A DNA stretch of 64,000 nucleotides from assembly GCA_027623675.1 (NCBI GenBank), contig JAQBVF010000012.1, positions 1 through 64,000 of the forward strand, in the 5' to 3' direction. Position 1 is the first letter of the stretch, and each line of letters begins with the position of its first letter. Of this stretch, positions 9,505-19,427 are shown in pieces. The DNA comes from Chloroflexota bacterium. GTDB lineage: Bacteria > Chloroflexota > Dehalococcoidia > Lucifugimonadales > UBA3495. A program made the translations under genes and the position numbers. The notes under the pieces were generated by a model, which worked only from the letters and a program-made list of their open reading frames with translations, searched no databases and had not been told where the DNA came from.

Positions 9505-11310
9505 CTAGCGGGGTTGGATGTACTCGTACCCGTTGATCTGACGCAGGTCACCTTGCTTGACGAACCCGTCCCAAGGCTTGATCTTCGGCCCGACCGGCCA
9601 GACATTGTCGTTAACGTAGATGCCGGTCATGGCGAATACGTTGTCGAAGTTCCAACGGGCGAGGGCATCTTCGGCAGCCTCGCGGTCTTTCCGAAGCACG
9701 GAGGATTGCGCCTTCGCGATGTACTCCTCCAAGAACGGGTGCTCGGCGCCGTAGCTGAACGGCGAGGCATTGGTGAAGCTGGCGAATCCCTGCGTCGGAG
9801 CCGAGCGGATGGGAACCGAGTGGCAGGTGGCGCCCTGGTAGGTCCGGGCGACCAACTGGGGCCGCAGCGTGCCGTAGGGGAGGTTCTGCAGGTTTACGTT
9901 GAGCCCGATGTCATCCCAGTACTGGGCGATCGCCTCGCAGGCTTCCACTTCGGATGGTGCGCCGCGGATCGCGGCTGTCAGCGTGATGTCGAAGCCGTTG
10001 GGGTAACCGGCTTCCACTAAGAGCGCCCTGGCTGCTTCGGGATCGTAATCCCAAACCATGTCGTTTTCGTAGCGCGCTTCGTCCGGGCCGCCCCAGCCTT
10101 GCAATACATTGGGGTGGCCGAATCCCAGAAGCAATTCGTCGACTATCGCCTGACGGTCAATGGCGATCGATAGGGCTTTACGGACTTTGACAGCCTTCTG
10201 CCATGAATCGGATTCTTCATCGGCGCTATCGGACACCCAAGGAAGGCTGGGGTCGAAATTGGGCCATCTTTCGTCCGAGTCGGTCGCGTTCAGGTAGGTG
10301 GCGCCGTAGAAATTCAGACCGGACTGCGCCGCGTTGGGCACTTGCATCAGCAGCGCGCCGTCAACGGACTCAACCTCAGCTATGGAGTCCAGGGCCATCA
10401 CGAAGGTATCCAGGTTGCCGGTCTTGAATCCGGCCACCCGGGCAGACTCTTCGGGAATCTCCCATTCAATCATCTTGGCGAATGCGGGTGTCTGGCGCCA
10501 GTGGTCCTCCACGGCGTTCAACTCCCAGAATTCACCGGTTTTCCACTCGCCAATCTCCCAGGGGCCGGTGGCGGCGGTGTTGCGGTTGGCTTCCTCTTCC
10601 CCGTCCTCATCGTACTGCTTCTTGCTGACGATCCAGGCGGTAACCGACCTGGGGGTGGTGAGGAGTTCGGTGATGGGGATGTCAGAGAATGGTATCCCGG
10701 AGTCGACAACCCAGGTGTAGGGATCTGGAATCGTCTGGCTGCCGTTTTCGGCGAAGAATATCTCCTTGGCGACAGACGCCCTGGCGTGTTTCTCGCTATT
10801 GGCGACTTGGTCGAAGGAGAAAGAAACATCCTCGGCCGTCATCTCGCCGAACCCTTTATTGAATTGCACGCCCTTGCGGATGTTATAGGTCCAGACCCGG
10901 CCGTCGGGAGAGATGTCCCAACTTTCGGCCAACATCGGTAGGACCTCGTTGCTGTCAAAAGCAGCCATCCCCAAGGATTCGGTAACCGGCGCGGCGTTGT
11001 TCACGAAGATCTGAGGGTTGCCGGACAGTTTAGGACTGCCAAAGTACGGCCCCAGCTCTTTCTGGCCCACGTTCAGCGTACCGGCCGGCTTGGTCATGGC
11101 CGAAGGCGTTTCCGTGGGAGTCACGGTGGCCGCGGGTACTGCCGTTGGGCTGGCAGAGCCGCCGCCAGATGGGACCGCCGTCGGTGCGGCGGTTGGCGGG
11201 GCCGACACAGGTGTGGCGGTCGCAGACGATCCGCAGGCTATTATCACGGCCAGCAGAAGCGCCAAGGGTCCTAGAATGATTGCCTTTGGGTGTTTCAACC
11301 AATTGTACAA
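9505..11310 (-). CDS. ABC transporter substrate-binding lipoprotein, family 5 (copy 2)
   Basis: Same length (601 aa) and colinear similarity with 6861-8666; lipobox IIAC; TTG start with GGAGG. Confidence 0.92.
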   Translation of the reverse strand: MYNWLKHPKAIILGPLALLLAVIIACGSSATATPVSAPPTAAPTAVPSGGGSASPTAVPAATVTPTETPSAMTKPAGTLNVGQKELGPYFGSPKLSGNPQIFVNNAAPVTESLGMAAFDSNEVLPMLAESWDISPDGRVWTYNIRKGVQFNKGFGEMTAEDVSFSFDQVANSEKHARASVAKEIFFAENGSQTIPDPYTWVVDSGIPFSDIPITELLTTPRSVTAWIVSKKQYDEDGEEEANRNTAATGPWEIGEWKTGEFWELNAVEDHWRQTPAFAKMIEWEIPEESARVAGFKTGNLDTFVMALDSIAEVESVDGALLMQVPNAAQSGLNFYGATYLNATDSDERWPNFDPSLPWVSDSADEESDSWQKAVKVRKALSIAIDRQAIVDELLLGFGHPNVLQGWGGPDEARYENDMVWDYDPEAARALLVEAGYPNGFDITLTAAIRGAPSEVEACEAIAQYWDDIGLNVNLQNLPYGTLRPQLVARTYQGATCHSVPIRSAPTQGFASFTNASPFSYGAEHPFLEEYIAKAQSSVLRKDREAAEDALARWNFDNVFAMTGIYVNDNVWPVGPKIKPWDGFVKQGDLRQINGYEYIQPR

Positions 11311-11478
11311 GGCGGACTAACCTCCATTCTTCTGTTGTTCTGATCGGACCGAGCCATCGGTCTCAGGGCGATTCCAACCCTTGGAGGACGGTTTGACACT
11401 CGCACACGGTTGGAACTCCCGCGTCAGGAACTCTCAAGTATTCCGTGCGTTTCTGGCGCAGGCGGATATAGAGAGCGA

Positions 11479-11522
11479 AAAGTGCGCTATCTAGAAATAT
11501 ACCATAGTGATTCGCAAGTCAA
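11479..11522 (-). promoter_or_regulatory. Promoter-like motif shared with the paralogous SBP gene
   Basis: TTGACTTGCGAATCACTATGGTATATTT...GCACTTT. Confidence 0.55.
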
Positions 11523-11672
11523 CGAGGCGAGAGATGATTCTACGCGCAGTTATAAACCGACCAAAAGATAGTAATTACCTCATCTGTGAGGCTGAGTAGA
11601 GGGATTACCAGGGCAAGGGGGTATCAAGAAAACGGGTTGGCGGGAATCATCAAATGGCCGCAGAAGGCCTGG

Positions 11673-12554
11673 CTAGGAGGACGGGTCTGAGGGTGGCCGG
11701 CGTTGCTCACCACGAAGGAACTGCTCCAGGTCCCGGACCAACTCGGCAGGGTCCGGAATCTCGATCGCGGCTACAGCTTCGTCGTATTGGCCTTCCAGTT
11801 TGGCCACGTAGGAGCTGATCTGATCGTCCTTCTCCACGGCCTTGGCGACCTCTTCATTGAAAACAGCGGCGGCCGACTGCAGTTCACTCAGGTCCAAGGG
11901 CAGGTCGAGCAGCTTGACCAGAATCTGCAGGAGCGTGGCCCCCACGCGGTGGTTGGGCGCGGCCTGCAGATAGTGAGAGGTGTGCCCCCAGATGGAGGTG
12001 TACTCCAGCCCTTCGTCGATGCAGGCCTGCATGACGGCCGAACTGATCCCCGTGGGGCCTTGATACTTGGAGGAACGGATGCCCTGCCCTTCAAGAAACT
12101 CGCTGAGTCCGGGCTGGGTGGCGGTACCGCTGAGCTTGACTGGCCGGGTGTGGGGGACGGCGTCCAACAGCGCTCCGATATGTATGACCGATTCGACACC
12201 ATGGTCCCGGGCGACCTTGGCGACCGTTTTAGAGAACGTCCGCCACTTCAAGTTGGGTTCAACACCCATGAATACCATCACGCCAGGTTCGGCGTCTGCC
12301 AGATAGGAGAATTCGTTGGCGGGCCAGTGGATACGGCGTTTTCCGTCGCGGGTTCGGGTCGTGTGCGGCCGGGTCTGGGAGAAGTCGTAAAACTCTTCCG
12401 GGTCGATATCGGCGAATCTCTTGGCGTTCAGCTTCCTTTGCAGGAACTTCACCGCGCTGGTTGCGCCCTCAGCCGCGTCTGCCCAGCCGCTAAAGACGAT
12501 CACCATCTTGCTCAGTTTTCTATCCGGGGTTTCGAGTATGTTCAGGTGGTCCAT
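11673..12554 (-). CDS. PAC2 (proteasome assembly chaperone) family protein
   Basis: FSGWADAAEGA, IDPEEFYDF..RP, EPNLKWRTF, GALLDAVPHTRP, YQGPTGI. Confidence 0.88.
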   Translation of the reverse strand: MDHLNILETPDRKLSKMVIVFSGWADAAEGATSAVKFLQRKLNAKRFADIDPEEFYDFSQTRPHTTRTRDGKRRIHWPANEFSYLADAEPGVMVFMGVEPNLKWRTFSKTVAKVARDHGVESVIHIGALLDAVPHTRPVKLSGTATQPGLSEFLEGQGIRSSKYQGPTGISSAVMQACIDEGLEYTSIWGHTSHYLQAAPNHRVGATLLQILVKLLDLPLDLSELQSAAAVFNEEVAKAVEKDDQISSYVAKLEGQYDEAVAAIEIPDPAELVRDLEQFLRGEQRRPPSDPSS

Positions 12555-12702
12555 CTAGTTATACGTCCCTTTGGCTAGGCGTGGGGCCTCGATTGGGCTG
12601 TGTTTCCGATCTGTTGGGGAGTATTCCAGCATATCACCGGCCGCGTTTTGGTCACAACCGCGGCCGTCCAATCTTCCAGGTGGTCTCAGTCTCGATACCG
12701 GG

Positions 12703-13833
12703 CTAAGCGCCGAACCTGTCCAGGCGGAATAAGCTGATGTCGTGGGTGGTTTCGCCGTGCTGCGCCAGGTCCGCCATGATCTCGCCGATGACGCTGGCAA
12801 ACTTGAAGCCGTGGCCGGAGAACCCGGCAGCCACCGACACCTGGGGGATCGACGGCAGGGCACCGATGATGAAGTGCTCGTCGGGGGTGTTGGTATACAT
12901 ACAGGTCTTCAGCATCAGGACGGGCCCGGCGGCCAGCGGGAAATACCGGCCGACGAATTGCCGGAGAATCTCTTCGTCCTCCGGGTGCACCTCACGGTCC
13001 ATGGTGTCCGGGTCCACCTGCTGGCGCAGATGATGGGAGCGGCCGACCTTGAATCCGGGCACGCTGTAACTGGGAAAGCCGTAATAACGGCCCTCCTCGG
13101 CGAGTACGCCGAACACCGGGAAGGTCTCCGGCTTGAAGAGTCCCGGACGCTCCGGTTGAAACCAGCCCAGCACCTGGCGCTCGGGCACGGCGTACCTGGC
13201 TACCTGGGGGACCATCTTGGCGGCCCAGGCGCCGGCCGTCACCACCAGCCTTCTCGCGGTGTGCGTGTCCCGGCCGGTGCGCACCTCCACCCCCTCTCCC
13301 TTCGGTTCCCAGCCCAGCACCGCCTCCCGGCCGTGCACCTCGGCCCCGGCTTCCTGGGCGGCGCGGACGTGGCTGACGATGCAGCGTTCGGGAAGCAAGA
13401 AGCCGCCGTCCGACTGGTAGATCGAGGATATCCCTTCGGGGAACCGGTAGCCCGGAAACCGCTTGCCAGTCTCGGGGCCGGTCATGATCTCGTAGGGGAT
13501 GTGATGGATGTCGCATGATTCCTTGGCGTTCTGGAAGAAGGGGCTGTCCGGCGGGCCGGCGCGGACCGAGCCGGTAGTCACGACCAAGCGCTCGCCGGAC
13601 GCGTTCTCCAGTTGATGCCACAATTCATAGGCGCGCCGAACCAGCGGCACGTAGGAAGGGTGCTCTTGGAGGGTGTAACGAATCATCCTTGAATAGCCGT
13701 GGGATGACCCCAACTCGTGGGTGGTGTCGTACTGCTCCAGTCCCAGCACCTTCAGCCCGCGCCGTGCCAGGTGGTAGACGGCGGCGCTGCCCATGCCGCC
13801 GACACCGATAACTATCGCATCGTAATGGGCCAT
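12703..13833 (-). CDS. solA: N-methyl-L-tryptophan oxidase / monomeric sarcosine oxidase family
   Basis: GVGGMGS FAD motif, GSSHGYSRMIR, CMYTNTPDEHF, GFSGHGFKFA. Confidence 0.9.
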   Translation of the reverse strand: MAHYDAIVIGVGGMGSAAVYHLARRGLKVLGLEQYDTTHELGSSHGYSRMIRYTLQEHPSYVPLVRRAYELWHQLENASGERLVVTTGSVRAGPPDSPFFQNAKESCDIHHIPYEIMTGPETGKRFPGYRFPEGISSIYQSDGGFLLPERCIVSHVRAAQEAGAEVHGREAVLGWEPKGEGVEVRTGRDTHTARRLVVTAGAWAAKMVPQVARYAVPERQVLGWFQPERPGLFKPETFPVFGVLAEEGRYYGFPSYSVPGFKVGRSHHLRQQVDPDTMDREVHPEDEEILRQFVGRYFPLAAGPVLMLKTCMYTNTPDEHFIIGALPSIPQVSVAAGFSGHGFKFASVIGEIMADLAQHGETTHDISLFRLDRFGA

Positions 13834-13862
13834 GTTCTCCTGCTACCCGTCACTTATCACCG

Positions 13863-14762
13863 CTAGGCGGCGGGGATCGCCGTGCCGGGGTGCTTCATGC
13901 GCATGCTGAAGACGGAGGTCCGGGCGGTGAACAGCATGGTGCGGTTGCCGGGTCCGCCCCAGGCGCAGTTGGCCGGGATCTCAGGCAGGATGATGGTCCC
14001 CAGGTGATTGCCGGCGGAGTCGAACACCCAGCAGCCCTCGGGGCCGGTGCAGTAGATGTTGCCTTCGACATCGACCTTCATGCCGTCGGGGACCCCGTCC
14101 TCGGCGGAATACATGGTGGCGAACACCCGGTTGTTGCTCAGAGAGCCGTCGGCGGCCACGTCAAAGGCCCGGATCAGCTGATGTTCACACAACTGCTTCT
14201 GCTCTTTCTCGGCCAGGCATCCGGCGTCGCGCCGCGTGATGGCGACGTACAAGATGCTCTCGTCGGGAGAGAAGGCCAGCCCGTTGGGGTATTCAGTCTC
14301 GGATGTGCCCAGCGAATGGGCGCCGGCGGGGCTGATCATATGCACTCCGCTGAAGTCCAACTCCCGTTCTTCCGGGCTCAGGCGTCCGCCTGGATCGGTG
14401 AAGTAAAGGGCGCCGTCGGAGCGGCCAACTATGTCGTTGGGACGGTTGAGCCGCTTTCCGTCCAGATGGGTGGCGATGGCGGTATAGGAGCCGTCGGCGG
14501 CCCGGCGCACGATCTGCCGGTTGTCGCTTTCGCAGATAACCAGGTTGCCCTGTTTGTCGAAGGTCATGCCGTTGGTCCCGTAGCTGGGGTCCCGGAACAC
14601 CTCCAACTGGCCGGTGGGCGACATCTTGTGGATCTGCAGTTTCTGGATGTCCACGAACAGCCAGTAGCCGTCGGGATGCCAGAGCGGCCCCTCGGTGAAT
14701 CCGAAGCCTCCTGTCAGCTTCTCGGCCGGCGAGTCGGTGATGTTCGCGATCTGATCAGACAT
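13863..14762 (-). CDS. SMP-30/gluconolactonase/LRE family protein
   Basis: FTEGPLW, LNRPNDI, PNGLAFSPDE, PDGMKVD, PANCAWGG. Confidence 0.92.
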   Translation of the reverse strand: MSDQIANITDSPAEKLTGGFGFTEGPLWHPDGYWLFVDIQKLQIHKMSPTGQLEVFRDPSYGTNGMTFDKQGNLVICESDNRQIVRRAADGSYTAIATHLDGKRLNRPNDIVGRSDGALYFTDPGGRLSPEERELDFSGVHMISPAGAHSLGTSETEYPNGLAFSPDESILYVAITRRDAGCLAEKEQKQLCEHQLIRAFDVAADGSLSNNRVFATMYSAEDGVPDGMKVDVEGNIYCTGPEGCWVFDSAGNHLGTIILPEIPANCAWGGPGNRTMLFTARTSVFSMRMKHPGTAIPAA

Positions 14763-14782
14763 GATTCTCTCCTAGTCGTTGT

Positions 14783-14806
14783 ATGTTGGTATGTTGGTAT
14801 GTTGGT
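14783..14806. repeat. 8-bp tandem repeat (ATGTTGGT x3) just upstream of the SMP-30 RBS
   Basis: Read directly. Confidence 0.7.
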
Positions 14807-14835
14807 GGCGTTGGGTGATGCCCCGGACCGGGGCA

Positions 14836-15750
14836 TCATTCCAAGTGGGCCAGGTACTGGGCCTCGAAATCCATGCCGGCCATATCGCTGAAGGCGTCCA
14901 TCAACCTCCGGGTGACCGTGCCGGGGGCCTTTCCGCCGGCAATCGGCGTTCCGTTGAACGACGATATGGGGCAGATGCACAGGCTGGTTGAGGTCAAGAA
15001 TGCTTCGTCGGCGGTGTAGGCGTCATACAGGTCCAAGTCCCGCTCCTCGACCGGCATGTCCAGTCCGGTGGCCAGCTCCATGGTGACGCGCCTGGTGATT
15101 CCTTCGAGAACGTACTGTCCCTTGGGCGTGGCGACGGTCCCGTCCTTTACCAAGAAGATGTTGGAGCCGCGGCCCTCGGTCAGGTTGCCGGCCTCGTCCA
15201 ACAGCACCGACCAGGCGTCGGGGTCGCTGGCCTGGGCCTCCAGGTCGCCCAGGATCAGGTTCAGATAGTTGTGGGTCTTGGCGCGGGGACTGATGAACCT
15301 AGGCGGGATACGCGGCACGGAAGGCGTGAAGATGGCCGCGCCGTCCTTATATAAGGAAGCGCGCCGTGCGAAGGGGATCGGATGGGTCTCGATCAGGACC
15401 GTGGCTCGCATCTCATCGCTGGGCAATACCGGCTCGATGCCCCGGCTGATGCGCTGCATCACCCACATGTCCTGGCCGGGGGGCAACAGCTCGTAGTTAT
15501 GCTCCACCACCTGCCGGGACCAGTTCTCCATCTCGATTGGTTCCATGCCTGGGTCGATGCGCAGGTAGCGCAGCGAATCATACAGCCGGTGCACGTGCTG
15601 GGTCAGCCGGAAGGGCGTTCCGTTGAAGGTGCGGGCGGCGTCGAACACCGCGTCGCCGTAGAGATAGCCCCGGTCGCGGATGGAAATGCCCACCTGGGAC
15701 TCGGGTTTCAGCTCGCCGTTGAAGAACACGATGGGCTCGGACTGCGCCAT
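14836..15750 (-). CDS. Class IV PLP-dependent aminotransferase (branched-chain / D-amino acid type)
   Basis: DRGYLYGDAVFD, AKTHNYLN (PLP Lys), EGRGSNIF, LEGITR; start set at ATG 15750 after GAGGT. Confidence 0.9.
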   Translation of the reverse strand: MAQSEPIVFFNGELKPESQVGISIRDRGYLYGDAVFDAARTFNGTPFRLTQHVHRLYDSLRYLRIDPGMEPIEMENWSRQVVEHNYELLPPGQDMWVMQRISRGIEPVLPSDEMRATVLIETHPIPFARRASLYKDGAAIFTPSVPRIPPRFISPRAKTHNYLNLILGDLEAQASDPDAWSVLLDEAGNLTEGRGSNIFLVKDGTVATPKGQYVLEGITRRVTMELATGLDMPVEERDLDLYDAYTADEAFLTSTSLCICPISSFNGTPIAGGKAPGTVTRRLMDAFSDMAGMDFEAQYLAHLE

Positions 15751-15867
15751 GTCACGCACCTCTATCAAGGGTTTCTGATGGCCGGGATTGTCGTGGGACC
15801 GTTGTGGGCCTCGGCCAATGACTGAGCATGTGACCGAGCGTGAGACTGGGCAACCGCTCCGGTCCGG

Positions 15868-16170
15868 TTATCTCTTGAAGGCGTTGGCGCCGGTGACCAG
15901 GGCTGGCATGCCGCCAAAGAGAAAGGCCACACCCACGGTCTCGGCGATCTCCTCCTCGGTGGCTCCGGCGGCCCGCGCCCGGTTGGCGATGGTGGTCACG
16001 CCGCCGTCATGACCCAAGAGGGCGTCGCAGAGCATGCTCATCAGCGTCTTCGTCGATTTGAGGGAGAGCGCTCCGTCGGGAAGCACACATTCACGGGACG
16101 CGCTCACGACTTTCATAAGCTCAGGCGCATTTTGTTCCAGTAGGACTTGCCAGGCTGCGGATTGGGTCAT
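15868..16170 (-). CDS. Carboxymuconolactone decarboxylase (CMD/AhpD-like) family protein
   Basis: DGALSLK.KTL, ARAAGATEEEIAETVGVAF..GG; true start MTQSAAW after GGAGGAAAG. Confidence 0.82.
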   Translation of the reverse strand: MTQSAAWQVLLEQNAPELMKVVSASRECVLPDGALSLKSTKTLMSMLCDALLGHDGGVTTIANRARAAGATEEEIAETVGVAFLFGGMPALVTGANAFKR

Positions 16171-16362
16171 CTTTCCTCCGATCGACGGCAGTTGCCGGTG
16201 AATGGATCTGATCTGCGTGCTTGCGGCAAGCGGCGCACAGGTTCGCCGCCATATTAGCACAAGGAAAGACGGATCAGAGAGGGGTGGAATCGTCGGGTTC
16301 AGCGGAGGGACATCTGGATGAAGTCGGTGGATAAGAGGGGGTTTTAAAAAGGAGATTGTCGC

Positions 16363-16400
16363 AAAAAAACGGTGGCCGAAGGGGAGGGACCTTCGGCCAC
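16363..16400 (-). terminator. Rho-independent terminator
   Basis: 11-bp stem GTGGCCGAAGG/CCTTCGGCCAC, loop TCCCTCC, then a 7-T tract on the minus strand. Confidence 0.75.
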
Positions 16401-16726
16401 ATAGACGACTGTTGGCACGCCTGCGCCGGTTGGCGCAGCGCCAAAGTCTTAGGGATAGGCGTATCGAAGCTGTGGAAGGCCACAACCCGAGGCGCACATA
16501 ATCACCCAGCCAGATTGACTGGCGGACGAGGCCAAATATGGCCGATTAAAACTGCGAGCAGCCACCCATGAAAACACAACCCAACACCCAACCACCGGGT
16601 GGCTGCTACAGACCTAGGCCCTGATAATCGAGCGGGAACCAACGGCTACCCGGTGGACACCGGACCGCTGAAACGCCACCCGTAATCTGCCGGAAAGAAA
16701 GGCCGGAGAAAGACCGAAGGCTGCGG

Positions 16727-16867
16727 TTAGGCAGCCCCGATGCGGAATACCTTGGTGCCACACGACGGGCAGACGCCCTGAGTGGCGGGCTTCCCGTTTT
16801 TCATCGTGATCTTCTCAGGATTCTTGATCTCGCGTTTGCTCCTGCACTTCACGCAATAGGCTTCCAT
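16727..16867 (-). CDS. DUF5679-like small zinc-ribbon protein, 46 aa (not in ORF track)
   Basis: MEAYCVKCRSKREIKNPEKITMKNGKPATQGVCPSCGTKVFRIGAA*; two CxxC motifs; RBS GGGAGGTG. Confidence 0.88.
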   Translation of the reverse strand: MEAYCVKCRSKREIKNPEKITMKNGKPATQGVCPSCGTKVFRIGAA

Positions 16868-16897
16868 AGTCACACCTCCCATCGTTACGGTCGAGAT

Positions 16898-16926
16898 ATT
16901 GTAGCCCGGATATCAAAGCAAGTCAA
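16898..16926 (-). promoter_or_regulatory. Sigma70-type promoter of the DUF5679-like gene
   Basis: TTGACT-17 nt-TACAAT. Confidence 0.75.
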
Positions 16927-17072
16927 CATATAGTAGGTCAGTTTCTTAAATTATGGCAACTAATGAGACTATGCAGGCTCATCTACATGTTGTATGCCGC
17001 AAGACCCTAGAAACATTAACTACTAATCATCGGTGTACTTTCAAGTGCCTGATGATTAGAATATCCAGCAGA

Positions 17073-17699
17073 ATGGGAAAGCTATTGATCGTCCGTCACG
17101 GCGAAACGGCCTGGAATGCCGAAGGACGGATCCAAGGACATACCGACATCGGGCTCTCGGACCGGGGTATCGAGCAGGCGGCCATGCTTGGCATGCGCCT
17201 GGCTGGCACTCAGATCGACGCCGCTTACTCAAGCGATATGATGCGTACTTCGGAAACCGCCAAGATCGCGCTGGGAACCCGGGGGGTTACCGCTTTCGAA
17301 ACGCCCAGGCTGCGGGAGTATCACAAGGGTGTCTTCGAGGGTCTGACCCTGGCTGAGATTCAATGCAGATATCCGGCTGACTACCCCAGATACCTGGAGA
17401 AGGACCTGGACTATGCTCCGGAGGGCGGGGAATCCGTCCGGGGCGTCACGGCCCGAATGGCGGAGATATTCCAAGAGATAATCGCCAAGCACCTGGACGA
17501 AACGGTGCTGGTGGTCGGGCACGGCGGGTCCCTCCGCGCCGCCATGACGTCGATCATGGGCATGCCGCTGGAGCGAAGTTGGTCCTTCGTGTTCGGAAAC
17601 TGCAGCCTCTCGATGGTCGACACCTACAAGGACAACGTGGTCCTGCGGCTGTTCAACGATTCGTCCCATTTCAACGGCCCGGCACGGACCATCGAGTAA
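17073..17699 (+). CDS. cobC: Histidine phosphatase family, probable alpha-ribazole phosphatase
   Basis: RHGETAWN, PEGGES, VVGHGG; lies directly upstream of cobQ-cobU (specific function inferred from context). Confidence 0.72.
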   Translation: MGKLLIVRHGETAWNAEGRIQGHTDIGLSDRGIEQAAMLGMRLAGTQIDAAYSSDMMRTSETAKIALGTRGVTAFETPRLREYHKGVFEGLTLAEIQCRYPADYPRYLEKDLDYAPEGGESVRGVTARMAEIFQEIIAKHLDETVLVVGHGGSLRAAMTSIMGMPLERSWSFVFGNCSLSMVDTYKDNVVLRLFNDSSHFNGPARTIE

Positions 17700-17839
17700 T
17701 CGGTCCTGTCATAGCGACTGAAAGTGGCAGCATAGTGACTCAGACACCAGATAAAAGGTCACTGGGTGCCATAAAGGCGACATAATCTACCGGGCGGCCC
17801 ACAAGGTCACACCAGAAATAAGGAGGCTGTCACTTCACG

Positions 17840-19387
17840 ATGGCCGGTCAGGTTTTAATGGTCCAAGGCACCGCGTCCCACGTCGGGAAGAGCGTGCTTT
17901 GCTCTGCTCTCTGCCGCATCTTCCACCAAGACGGGTTCCGCGTCGCTCCTTTCAAAGCCCAGAACATGTCCAACAACTCCCATGTTACCGCCAGCGGCGG
18001 TGAGATCGGGCGCGCCCAAGCGGTCCAGGCTGAAGCCGCCGGGGTCGAGGCGCGGGTTGAGATGAACCCGGTCCTGCTCAAGCCCGAGGCTGACCACATC
18101 TCCCAGGTGGTGGTGATGGGCCGCCCCATGCTGTCGGCCAACGTCAGGGACTACTTCGGACTCAAGCCCAAACTCTGGGAGGCGGTGCACACCTCCCTGG
18201 ACAGCCTGCGGGAAGACTTCGACCTGGTCATCGCGGAAGGCGCCGGCAGTCCCGCCGAGATCAACCTGAAAGCCACCGAGATCGTGAATATGCGGGTGGC
18301 GCTCTATGCCAACGCCCCCGTCCTGCTCTGCGGCGACATCGACCGGGGCGGGGTGTTCGCCGCCCTGGTGGGCACGCTGGAACTCCTAGAACCCGAAGAG
18401 CGGCAGATCGTGAAGGCGCTGATAATCAACAAGTTCCGGGGCGACCCCAGCCTGCTAACCGACGGCATTACCTGGTTGGAGGAGCGCACCGGCATCCCGG
18501 TGGCCGGCCTGGTGCACCATTACCGGGACATCCACATACCCGAAGAGGACTCGGTGGCCCTGGACGACGCTCCGATGGCCGCGGTCGAGCCTGTGCTGGA
18601 CGTTGTGGTGCTCCAACTCCCCCACATCGCCAACTTCGACGACTTCGACCCCCTGGCCCGCCACCCCGGAGTCCAGTTGCGCTACATCGATTCGCCGGTC
18701 CGATTGGGCCGTCCCGACCTGGTGATCATACCCGGCACCAAGACCACCATCCCTGACCTGGCCTGGATGAACCAGCGCGGCCTGAGCCAAGCGATCAAGG
18801 ATCTCCACGGAAACGGGACCGCGGTGGTGGGCATCTGCGGCGGCTACCAGATTCTGGGAACTAAAGTGAGCGACCCTGGCCGCATCGAGTCGTCAATCGC
18901 CGAGTTGGACGGCCTGGGCCTGCTGCCCCTCTCCACGGTATTCCAGGGAACCAAGGAGACCCACCGGATCAACGGCGCCGTCATTGCAGCCACCGGTTTG
19001 CTGGCTAGGGCAAAGGGGATGCCGGTAAAGGGATACGAGATACACATGGGGCGGACAGTGGGTGAGGGCTTCGCGCCTCCTTTCCGCATCGATGACCGGG
19101 CGGACGTTCCAGTGACCGCGGCCGGTTCACTCGAGGGTGCGTTGGACTCGACGGGTAGTGTGATGGGCACCTACATCCACGGCCTATTCCACAACGGCGG
19201 CCTGCGGGACGCCATGCTGCGGGAGTTGGCACGCCGGAAAGGCGTGTCCCTGCCTGACGTCAGCTCCGAACTGGACATGGACCGGGAATTCGACAAACTG
19301 GCCGACTGGGTCCGGGCCAGCCTGGACATGGACCTGGTCTACCGCCTATCTGGACTCAACCGCGACTATGACGCGGCCAGGGCCTGA
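17840..19387 (+). CDS. cobQ: Cobyric acid synthase
   Basis: QGTASHVGKS, PFKAQNMSNNS, EGAGSPAEIN, GICGGYQ, GTYIHG. Confidence 0.96.
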   Translation: MAGQVLMVQGTASHVGKSVLCSALCRIFHQDGFRVAPFKAQNMSNNSHVTASGGEIGRAQAVQAEAAGVEARVEMNPVLLKPEADHISQVVVMGRPMLSANVRDYFGLKPKLWEAVHTSLDSLREDFDLVIAEGAGSPAEINLKATEIVNMRVALYANAPVLLCGDIDRGGVFAALVGTLELLEPEERQIVKALIINKFRGDPSLLTDGITWLEERTGIPVAGLVHHYRDIHIPEEDSVALDDAPMAAVEPVLDVVVLQLPHIANFDDFDPLARHPGVQLRYIDSPVRLGRPDLVIIPGTKTTIPDLAWMNQRGLSQAIKDLHGNGTAVVGICGGYQILGTKVSDPGRIESSIAELDGLGLLPLSTVFQGTKETHRINGAVIAATGLLARAKGMPVKGYEIHMGRTVGEGFAPPFRIDDRADVPVTAAGSLEGALDSTGSVMGTYIHGLFHNGGLRDAMLRELARRKGVSLPDVSSELDMDREFDKLADWVRASLDMDLVYRLSGLNRDYDAARA

Positions 19388-19427
19388 TGGCGGGCGGTTT
19401 CAGCCGGGCTTCGAGTGACCTTAGCTG

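Noticed and set aside
14714..14839. Fourth bridge mini-ORF between the aminotransferase and SMP-30
   Set aside because: It starts on the upstream stop but runs ~48 nt into the next gene instead of ending on its start codon.
16171..16497. N-terminal extension of the CMD protein
   Set aside because: It runs through a terminator hairpin, and a strong RBS marks 16170 as the start.
16930..17840. Cobalamin riboswitch ahead of the cob genes
   Set aside because: No recognisable B12-box or conserved core seen by eye.
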